DNA of 64,000 bases, from the NCBI GenBank assembly GCA_965637545.1, contig OZ281499.1, positions 26,288,001-26,352,000 of the forward strand, read 5' to 3'. Position numbers and translations under genes: made by a program. Shown in pieces: positions 44,845 to 56,800 of the stretch; position 1 is the first letter of the stretch, and each line of letters starts with the position of its first letter. The stretch comes from Phallusia mammillata (taxonomy: Eukaryota). The notes under the pieces are model-generated. The model searched no databases, was not told the DNA's origin, and was given only the letters and a program-made list of their open reading frames with translations.

Positions 44845-47800
44845 ATGGAAAACAAGGCAACACTGACATGTGAGTTAAAACAGTAAAATGAAACATTTTC
44901 CGATCCTGTAACCTTGCAGCTTATGCCTGTTTCCTCAAATAAAATTTTACTAAAAGCACTGGACATGTGAACAGGGTCAAAAAAGGTGGTTTAACATAAA
45001 CCAAAATCTACAAAAAAGCTGTAAAACACTTTCCCGTGAAGTAAACATCAAAACAAACACTGGTATTTTTTAATCAGTTGCTTTTCCAAAAAAGACATGT
45101 GGAGCAAATCACTTATTTTAGAAACGTGTTATGACAGATTGCACAATATTTGTTAACAACCAGCTTTAGGTGCCAGAAAAGATTGAGAAACACTGTATTA
45201 TGCTAATCACAAAACAAACATTTTAGATTCATTCTCTGAGTCTGGTGATGAAAATCTCTTTCTGACGTTGTCCACTCGATTGTGCGACACTTTATCCAAC
45301 CAAACTGTGGAATGGAGGCAGACATACGGTCGAGCAAGTCACCAGTTTCAGTTAAAAGTTAAAATTCTTCCACTAGCCACAGCATTGCTCGAGAGAACTG
45401 ACCTTGTAACTCGACCATATTTTCACATCTTCTGGACTGACTGCAATGTGAGTATTAAACCCTTACTAAGTGTTTGACAAGTTTGTAAGTCCAGAGTTGA
45501 TACAACCCTTAAATGTCTATGCCTGAGTAATCTAACTTTCATATAGAAGTGTAAACTTATACAGGGCGTTTATTTTGAACACAATAGTCCAGAAGCATTT
45601 ATCTTGAGCAAAACGTCTGCAAATAAATAAAGTGTGATAGGTAGTGTTGGTATGAAGATATGCAGGCAAGTGATTTAAAAATAGTTAAACATGCTCCTGT
45701 TTTTGCTGCTCTTTAACATTTGGTTGTGCAGGCATGGACTTTGTATTGAATAATTGAAAAACTTGCTGCATCTATGTATTATCATCTAATTCTGATCATG
45801 ACTTTAGAGACCAATCTTTTTTTCTGTAATAAAATGTCTAAAATATCTGTCCAATTTATGCTTGCTTAAATCTGAAATACAAGTTTTTGTGTTTTTTTAG
45901 GATTTGGATCAATATCGATCGACTATTCGCACAGAAATCTCATCGTGGGTGAATACACTGAAGAATTACAAGGACACCGAGTGGATGATTGTGGTTGTTG
46001 CAGGAGATATTCTCTCGAGGTTGACCAAAGCTAAACTTCCAATTCCAAGAATGTCAATCCCCGATAAAGTCAAATCAGATTTCTGTTCAAAAAATCCAGA
46101 AAGGTTTGTAGGCTTGTTTGTTTTTTACAGGTGTATGTCTACTTCAAAATCTTGCTTATGTGTTATGTCATGATTCCCAGGACCAAAACATAGCTTTTTA
46201 TTTGCAAGAATATACTCATGCTAATCAAGGTCTATTATTGTAAATTGTAAAGGAAATTTAAATGTATTTTTGGGGCATTTTTTGGAAAGAAAGATGAAAA
46301 CATCATTGAGAATTGTACAAACAGTTTCATTAAGGTAGATTCATTCACATTTAAGTTTGTTAATAACTGTATTTAATCTATTAGGCTGCACATATTGCAC
46401 GACCCAACCAAAGAAACCACGAAAAGCACAGAATCATGGACAGCATTAGGATTAAAAGTTGCTAACCAAACTGTTCGTTGTATGGAAGTTGTTGTTTCCA
46501 AATACGAGGAACGTGTCCGTGCAGAACGAGAGCGTCGCAACGAGAAATCATGGGATTTTTGTTCATATCTTATTTTACAGGTAATTTTTGCATACCATCA
46601 AAAAGGCTAAATCTTTAGACAGAATTTTTGTCCTAAAACTGAAAAGAACTTATAACCTGTTTCCAATGGTTAATTTTGGTTAAAAAACTACTTTGCACAC
46701 ACAATGGTAAGGTAGTAGTATGCACACAAAAATTATGGTAAATTCCTTCTAAAACAGTGGTTCTCAAACTGTGGTACACATACCACAAATGGTACGTCAG
46801 GGCGTTTCAGGTGGTACGCCAATAGCTTTCTTCTAAACCTAATTCAGGTCACATCAAGAATTGCTGCTCAACTAACCGAAGTGACCAGCCAAGTTTTTAA
46901 CAGAACCGATGACAGGATGTTTTTTAGGAATCGCTAACACGCTGGTTTCATAAATAAGCTAGTGTAGTCAAGAAGAACTCTTGGTCTACCCATGTAAACA
47001 AGATTTAGGTGGTACACAGCGATAGAAAAAGTCGACAGGTGGTACGCAATCAGTATAAGTTTGAGAACCACTGTTCTAAAACAACTGTTTTGTCATGATA
47101 TGAATGCATGCACAGAAAGCAAATATTTAAACTTGTTACCCTTGTGTGCATTTCAGGAGGAACTGGCTTTCATGTATGAAATGTTGGGAATGTTTTCTCC
47201 AGCGCTGGTGCAATATGATGAACTTGATGCAATGTTTACCCAATATGTGTTAAATGCAAATGCTGGAGGTATATTGTAATCAAAATACAGATATTGCTTA
47301 AATATATATACATTTTAATGGCTAATATTTTACACACACTCCTGGTTAAACAAAAAGGTTGATTACAATTTCTGTTTAATTGAATACTGAATTCCCTGTT
47401 ATTACTTAATAGCCAGAAAAAGTTTGAAATATTGGACCTTGAATGAATCAGGATATAAAGTGTCCATTAAAAAACATTAATTTGCTCAATTTCAACTAAT
47501 CTTGTTCCTAAAATTTTAGTCAAACAGTGTGTGAAATACCACATGTCATGTTAACAATCAATCACACTTATGTCCTCATTTGCATAGCGTCACAACTTTT
47601 AGGTATTGAATTGGCATGGGCTTGCTATAGCTGTTATAACCTCACAAGCATATGTTAATGCCACAAATCTGTGACACTGTTTGGGATATTCTTTGAATTA
47701 TAATGTTTTCTGTTTTCAATTTGGTACATTTGTAGTGCAGTGTTTCCCAAGCTTTTTTGACAATTCACCCTCTAACAATTCATAGTTAATGCTGAAACAT

Positions 47801-50800
47801 ACAAGATCATTTAAAACTGGGTCTTTTGTTACCTTTACAAGTCATATTTCCAGCTGAAGTGTTTATTTACAAACCCTAAGTAAGAACTAAAGTGAATTCT
47901 CCCTCTCAAAGTTTTAAAGTTCGCCTCTAGGGAGAAATTCCTCCCTCGTTGCAAACCACTGAACTAGGGTTTAAATAATGGTCTAATCTGAATATTTAAG
48001 TTACTACATAGAATTGCTGAACATAACATTATCAGTTAAGTATTATTACAAAATGCCTTAAATAAAAATTTTCATACATTAAAGCATTATTTCTATTCCT
48101 CCAGATATAGCTCATTGGTTGTCACGCTTCAGTGAGCCGATCAAGCACTGGCATTCTATGTTGTTATGGAAACGAATAGACGGTGACGCACGTCGTTCCA
48201 TTCTCGAAGGACAGGCGTCGATCATTGATATTCGCAACTATTTATTCACTCGTTTGTGCCATTTATTGTTCGAAACGGGAAAACTTACGGAGATTACGCA
48301 ACGAATGCATATTTTTCTTCACTCACTTTCGACTGAGATTGCAATTCTTGAGGTAAAAAATACTTAGTTTTTTATTATTTACTCAAAATAACAAATCACT
48401 CAAGGTATGGTGATAAACTTTAAGATAACTGCAGAGCGGTGGGGGTCTGCAGAACTTTTTTAACAAAATAAAGTAAAGAGGTCCGAAAATTTTACAAATG
48501 GTGATTAAATTTAGCAAAACAATAAAATAAATAAACTTTTGTTTTGGTTAGAAAACGATAATAAATGTTTTTATGCTATGTTTATAAACGGAACTTGTCT
48601 CTTTGGCCACCTGGCTGACAACATACAAAAACACATAATATTGAATACTTATTTATCTATTTTCATGATGTGTAGATAACTGTGCCATCAGGAGCCATTG
48701 ATTGTTGGGTTTTTATGTGTTGCCTCGAACTAGTTGGTGCCTTGTGTCGTAAATCGCAACTTCAAAATGAGACTGACAACACAGCCACTGACAATCCATG
48801 TTTCGATATGAGCAACGAACAACTTGTTCTGGAAAACGCAAGTTTATGGAACATTGCTAGATTAAAGGTAAGGCTATATGCTACCACTGGATGTCAATTG
48901 TAGGTCAAATATATGTTCAGAAGTTTTATATCGACTGATTTTGTTCATTGAAACCTCTTTCCATATTTAGCATTACATTTTGACAAAACAGCGGTCATTA
49001 ATAAGCATGTTGCCTGTTAGAGGGTCACATATTGATTCTAAATGCTAACAGAACTAAAACTTTTTATATATGTATATATTTATATATGGTCTTGGTGTAA
49101 GTTTTTTATGTATGGCATTTTATTTCCATGTTGATGTTATTTCAATGGAATATTCTTTTAGTTTGTGACATGGCATATTTCATGCAATGAACATGTAGCA
49201 TATCGAATCTGTTTTCTGTGATGTACTTATCTTTTAATCTGGGGATTTAGTTACAATGCCAATATTAAACCAAAATTGTTTTGAGTCGAGCTCACATAAA
49301 ATGATTACAATTTCTTGTCTCACATGTTGCGATGGTTAATATTGTTTTATTACTGATTGCAAATTCAACAAATTTGTGTACCCCCATGTGCCCTCTTATA
49401 AACATTTCTTCTGCAACTAATTACAGTCAGGAACCATTTCAGGTACTTCTTGGCCAATTCGGATCCCAGTAGCATATCAAGTCACAAAATGCATTTAATT
49501 ATAAGTCATTGAGAGTGATTATACTGAAGAAAATCAGATCCTTCAAAACACAACACATTCATTGACAAACCAGTTAGGCGAAATATACATATATTCTATG
49601 TAAATTCATTGATTGACTCTGTTACTTGAACAATATTTTCCATTCTCAATTAGTTAACCTTCAGTCAATATTTTATCCCATAAAAATTAAAAAAACACAT
49701 AAAAATTGATAAATTTGTTTCCAGTCAACGACAATCATCTTTATTAGGTTTCATACAGTTAAGCTGATAGTACACAAATCTAATTTCCATCCATTTAAAC
49801 TTGCAACATATATCTTTTATTTCTTTTCCCAGCTTTATTCCCTCGGTGAGTTGTGTGGACTTATGCCAGGAATAGTGACGACCTCAGCTCATCTACAGAT
49901 TGTCGTTGATCTGCTCGCTGGGATGGGAGAGGGTGAGGAGAGAGGAGATGTGGCTACATCACCTGCACTGGTAGGCAATATGGAACTTTGTGGTTGTAAA
50001 TGTCAAGTAGTAGTTATTGTTTTAAACAGTGCGAATATTACTGTGCCAAAAACGCATTCATACAAGTACATACTATGTCATTGCTGCTACAAGTAGTTGA
50101 TTGGTGGAAAACTTTAAAACAAATTACAAATGATTTAAATGTTTTGAGTTGTGCAGGCCTGACTGAGATGTTGATCAAAAACTTATTTTCTGTAGCAAAT
50201 AAAACGTTTTTGTTTGACTATAAGTCCACAGACTAGTTGTCAGTTTTTGGGGGGGATAGCTAATAACAACTATTATATGTTTTATGAAGGTTTTGAGAGA
50301 AGCACTTTCATCGAAAAACAACTTTCAAAAGCAATACTTTGAACTTTCTGAACTTGCGATGGGAACATTTAAGCACATGGGTCATTTTCGTGCAGTTCGA
50401 TGCATCGGGAACGACATGGCTGAGTTTTATCTGTAAGTGAAGTTCTCCAAGTAAAATCTCTATTTTTCTACAGGTTTTTGAAGTTTTTGTAAACCTTTAT
50501 GGTAGTTTGTAAGTGGTTGACAATAAGACTGCGAAATACAATGTTAGCATAAAAGACTTAACAAACTGTGGGACAATGTTAACAAATCTACATTACGTTA
50601 AAGTGAAATTCAAAGTAGATTTGTTCTATCCAACTTTTCCACATATTGTAGGCAATGTGCGTGGACAAAAAAAGCTTTAAGGTAAAATTAAATTGTTAGC
50701 CATAATGCTGCATAATCAATGCATGGTCGAGGCTGTTATTACACATCTTGACTGACACAAATACTATAATTAAAAGGTCCAAATGTTTAATTACCTCTAT

Positions 50801-53800
50801 TTTGAGGTCCTCAATTTGCCTGTGAAAGATCTTTCATACAACTGTTTAAATGAATTGTCTAAACCAGTGGTTCTCAAACTTTTACGTGGCGACGCCTCTG
50901 GAAAAGTAATCTAATCTTGCGACGCACCAGCAAATAAAAGTTAATGAGGAAACTTGCTATTAAAGTTGTGTTTATTGATACAACAACAAAAAGTCCACAA
51001 AACGGAATTATTCTGCGACGCTCTTGGAAAATTGAAAGGGCGTCGCGACGCACAGTTTGAGCACTACTGGTCTAAACTTAAAATATTCACAGAAAACTTG
51101 GTGAACCAGCGCAGGCAGAGAATTATCTCATAGACACAGTGAGAATGTACGAAGCAGATGGATGGCCACTGCTGCTTGCAAAAGCCAATAAAATGTTGGC
51201 AAGATGTTACAAGAAAATGATCAATATTAGGAAGTGAGTTATCATTGTGTTTGTGTGAAATATTATCAGACATATTTTGTTCAGTTAAACAAACCTGTCC
51301 TTGAAAACTTTCTTGCAAAATGTTTTGTTTTTTTTGTTCAACTTTTAAATTTGTTAAAAAGAATAATTAAGAAGGTTTGTGCTTGTTTTAGTCATTTTTA
51401 GTAAAAATGTTTTTTTTTAAATTGCAGGTATTTGCGACTGTGTTACTCGCTCATGTGCGACGAGATGATCTCTCAAGAAGAAAGAATATTTTATTGCGAC
51501 GAGTTTAAATCACTTTCAACTGATCTCGGAGACGACACACTTGCACTTAACATTCATCCTCTTGCATCTGTCACGTGAGTTTGTATGAGCACATTTCAAT
51601 CTTATTTCGCCGGGTTCTACTTTTCCCTGTCGGTTACAAACTGTGTGTGCAGTATTTTATATTGTTATATGTCATCAGAGGCAAATTGTTATATGACATA
51701 TAGAAACAACAGGCACATAATATATGTCTTTAAACTTTTGATAAAGTCATCCACCTTTTATGTATGGTATATATAAGTTTGTTTCACCAAAAAATATGCA
51801 TTGTTGCTTACTTTAAACTTAAACCAAAAACACCAAAAGTACAAAAATTTAAAAGGGTAGACTGAAAAATTAAAAATTAAAGACTGAACAGATTTTGACT
51901 AAATCCTCAAATTGTATCTGTTTCATCTGCATTAATACTCTGCCATATTATTGCACTGTGTACTTGTTATTAATATTGACATTATTGACTTTTTTCAAAC
52001 CACAGATCAATCCAGTTTATTCCGGCTGAAACCAGTTTGCGATTAAACTCAAACCATCATATTGTTGTCACTATAAATAGCAACGCACCAAAACCAATGA
52101 CATTTCAGTCGCTGCAAATTAGTTTGGATCACCTCGGTCCTGATGACGGCATCGAACCTCACAATATACCTGATGTTATAAGCTTGTCGTCATTCTTTTC
52201 AAGGGTGAGTTACATGTTATTTACAGTAGACCGGATTCGGTTAGTCTGGATATTTGCCCAATGATACAAATAATTTCTAATGTGGTAAAAACTAATCAAC
52301 ATCGGTTAATTCTAACAACTTGTTGGTCCAAACAGGTCCAGGTTATTTTTAGAGTATACGTATTTCTAATGCTTCTGCTTCTCATTACATTGTATCTTAT
52401 ATCTGATTGATCAGTTGTACACAAACTGTAGTTTGTCATTAGTTAAGAAAGATATTTCTTATTTGCGCTTGTGAAAAATTGAACCTACTGTTAACAGCTA
52501 ATATTTGTGCATACTGTAATATCAGTTATGTTTTTCCACTTAAGTTTTAAATGGTAGTTTTTCTTACTTTAAATGCAAGAAAATGCAGTTTGCAAACTTC
52601 TTGTTATTTTGTTTCAGACCTCAGAAGATGAAGCAGATGTGAAATCACTTTTAAGCCGAAACTTTTCACATAACAGTTCAGCTTATAGTGAGTATTTGCA
52701 AAAAAAATTGTATCATAGTCGCCTAAAATAACAAAAAGTGATGTTTTAAAGATCCCTTTAACAATTACTTTCAAAAGCAAGTTGTGTAATTAAGCTGAAT
52801 GGAAAAACTCCATTCATGAAAGTTTTTTTGATTATTTGAATTTGGAAGCTTTGGGGGTTTCCCTAATATGCCAAAATTTAAAAGCGAAAATTTATATATC
52901 CTTGTGTTAGAATTGTTGCTGAGCTGAGCTTATCAGGATTTGTAATTAAACCGTTACCAGATATAAAGTAGGTTTTTTACAAATTTTCAGATTCCCTTCA
53001 ACCATTTCGACGACATAAACGATATGCGTCCACTACCAGCAGTAGAGAGTTCATGTCGAATCAGCCAGCAGAAATTAACGATGAAGGGCGGATAGATTTG
53101 ATTCACTTCCAACATTCAAAACCGAGCAAGTTTCCAGCTTCGATATCTCTTCATGCACAGAGAGATCTACAGGTTCTTATTTATTGTCTCATCATGTTCC
53201 AGTCTTTAAGTGTTTAGTTGTAATAGTGTTAAACAGTAGTGTTTTATTGACTTAAAAAAAAGTCATTGTTCATGTTTTAATGCCTGAGATTGTTTTGTAA
53301 AAATGTTCACTGTTTTCACCCACAATACTCTTTTTGTTTAATTTGTTTCCTTTGTAACTTGTGCACTACAAAGTGTTTTTGTTTTTTTTATTTTGCTCAA
53401 ATGCAGTTGTTTGCTAGACCCACGCTTTTTACTGTAATCTGCTTGAAATAATAAATCGTTTACTAACAAATTTAATGTTGAACTACATAAAACGTTTACA
53501 TAATATAGTCAAGTATATTGAAAATAATGTAAACCACTGTTGCTTTGTTAAAATAAGGTTCCATGTTACATTGTAAGATTGCATGTCGCTTTTAATGTAT
53601 TCTGTCAGAGGGTTGTTATTCCGAAAAAAGTTTTTTTTACCAAGTTTCTGTTTTCTGCAGGATGGCGCTCTTGCATGGGCGGGAATCACTTGTCGTCATG
53701 CCAACGACCTTTTGCGTCGTCAGGACAGCAGCCAATCACAGGTCGACAAGCATCGATCGACTATGTCCGTAACCATGGAAACGTACGAGTGTTGCCTAAC

Positions 53801-56800
53801 AACGCGCCAGGTTACACTTAATCCTGGAATGAACAGAGTGAAGTTGAACGCCAAGGTAAAATGATCAGTAAAGCGTGTTGGAGTAAATGTGATAGAAATG
53901 TTGCTTATTGTCAGGGATTTAGAAAAGGGGGTCGCATTTTTACGTTTTGGCGTGGTCATAAATTTTGTTACTTGTGTTAATCTTGACAGGTTTGTGGATA
54001 TATTTAACCAAACATTTGTGTTGGTAATGACAATAACGGCTTTTTACAAAATGTTCCGAACACATCCTAATATGGTTTGTCGTTCTAACTCTGGGACGTG
54101 GTTCAATTGATATCGAAGACTAAAAATGACTGTTTTCTAAATGTGTTATGTGGTGAAAAAATGTGTACGTCTGGGGGCTGTACACTCTTTACTAAACGCC
54201 TTCCAAATTATAAAATAAAATTTGACAAAATTATAAAATTAATGCCATCAACCAAATATTTTTTTGTGTTAGGGGTCTCTTTTAGCCTCTAAAAGTTGTG
54301 GTCTTTCAAAAAAGCTCTATAGACTCCTTGTTTTAACCATCATGATCCAAAATACATGTACAGACTGGTGTTCTCATAACATTTTTCTTATTTAACCAGA
54401 CGGATTTGGAGGGATATTTCACTTTACAACAACTTCGAATGTCGTTGCATAAAACAAGTTTTGTGTTGCCTCGAATTTATCCCCTCGTTTCATACCAAGT
54501 CTCATATTTGCAACCCAAAGTTTTTATGGACCACAACGAAGAGTAAGTTGTATCTGAATTTATTGATGTTATCTAAAAGATTTTAAGCTGTTCATTAATC
54601 AATATTAAATTCTGTAAGAATTAAGAAATGAAGTCATTTAAGCTCAGATTTTTAAGATTTAAATATTTTACTTAAACAATGTTTTAAATATCTTATTCAA
54701 ATAGAATCAAAAATAAAGTAAAAATTAAGATTTTAGGTAGTTTGTATTTACAAATGTTTTTTTTTTTTTGAAAACACAAAACATACATATGGATATTTTA
54801 AATAAATTTGATTTTTATCTACATATGTAAATTACAACAGATGTTTACCAAATTCAAACACTCAAATTGCTTCAAACACTTTTACTGTGGGCGTTGTATG
54901 GTTTCGATAATTACATACGTCTAAATTTTTTTTCAGTTTAATTAGCGGAATTGTTCAGCACATAAACATTGCAGTCAACAAAGGAGATTATGTTAATCCG
55001 GACCAAGAGAGTAACTCGACTCTCTCATTTAAAACACCACCTAGTGTTCGACTATTATGTGTGACTAAATGCTCTGTAGCGACACCTGATGGTAAGTACA
55101 ATCATTTTTGTAACATTGCGTCATATTTAATTTCTATGTTTGCAGAGGATGTTAGTGAGATTGAGAAGCCCTCTCTGGTGACATCAAGTGATGAGACAAG
55201 CATAAATCTTCCATCAACTTCGCTTCATGCCACAGTTTTACTCAAAATCGCATGCTTGTGTCTCACAACACCATATGTGCAAAAACTAGGTAACTTTTTT
55301 TACAACAATGGGTAAACAATGAATTATTTGTCATGTTATTGAATTTGCATACTTGCTGTTACCCATAACGTATAAATAAACACTGATTTTGACATTTACT
55401 TGTGACTTTTCAAATTGTTTAAAATTACCAAAAAAGTTTTTTTAATGGATCTTTAAGTAAATAAATATGTTGTTGTTCATCAAGTAACAGTAAAAAATGT
55501 TTTTATTTTTCACAGACGTTCGCAAAAGGCACCGCCGAACTCACAGTGCACCCCCTGCAACATTCTCTCGCTCCCCCAAATCTGCCCCCAGACACAAACC
55601 CATTGTTGAATCGCCCCCTAACCCTTCCCCTCCATCCGATGGTGATGTCACGGACAGTATTGTCGTCCATAGTGACGTAGCAAACGGTAGTGACGTAACA
55701 AACGGCGGTGACGTAGCGATCACGACTAGTGAACCAACACTTGATGTGAAACAAAGTCGACTTTCGGATTTAAAAGATTCCATTAAGAAAAGTCGCAACA
55801 ACTTTAAGAACAAGTTTTCCCGCGCAAAATCCCCGAAACCCGCGAAACCCCGCTTCGATGATTGGCCGACAGTTCCCCCCAACGACCCTGACGTCATAAT
55901 TACGCCGTCGTTACGCATCAACGGCGATTTGATCGAGGTCACCTTGGATGATAATGACGTCACTCAACCGGTTGCGCCCTCCCCTTCCAAAATCACCGAA
56001 ACCGTGTCGATGACTTCATATAGCGAAATGACGTCATCAAGCTCTGATGATGAAGATTGCAAACCGGTTTTGATAAGAAAGGTGGGGAGGTTGTGAATGT
56101 GAGTTGCTTCGGTGTAATTTGACCTTGAAACGTTTTTATTTCAGCATTCATCGACCTTGCCACGTCACACGCCCTCCAAGTCTGACGTCGGCCTCACAAT
56201 CCCACCTGTGACGTCAGCAACAAGCAACTCTTCCAGTCAAATCACCTACGATGTACGTTTTTAATTTTTTCTTCAATCTCAATTTTCACAATTTTACGTT
56301 TTGATTTGATTTGCAGGTTACCATAACAACGCCGTGGGGCGACGCCAGCACTGTGACGTCACAGATCACGTGCAAGCGACCGGTGGAGTTCACGCATTCG
56401 TGGTCATTCGCCGGAACTGACGTAGTGACGAGAATCCTAACGGTTGTCGTTGAAAACGTGACGTCATCAGCTCTGACGTTATCCGAGCCAAAACTAAGTT
56501 TGAGTAACATCAAAGATATAACGTCACTCAACGGGAAAAAGTTTCGAGTGAGAATTTTGATGTTTGGTTGTAGATTGTTGGCAACGACCTAATTCCATCA
56601 AATCAAAAAATTGCTAATAAGATACGTTCCATATAAAGTTACAAACACGTTATTTTGTGCCAACATTAGAGTTTTTTCTGACATCACAAATCTGTTTAGG
56701 TTTTTAATATCTTGCCATCCAGGGTGGGTTAACTTGTGTCGGATTAAACATCTCATAAAAAATGCAATAGAATTAACAAAAAAAGAAATTGCAAACTGAA

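Noticed and set aside
52991-53095. Alternative reading frame (IPFNHF...PLPAVE) for a TRAPPC10 exon
   Set aside because: It hits TAG and has the wrong phase. The other frame is open and joins both neighbouring exons.
55503-55963. Antisense ORFs of 140 aa and 83 aa in the ORF track
   Set aside because: They are shadows of the stop-poor, GC-rich TRAPPC10 exon and have no recognisable motifs.
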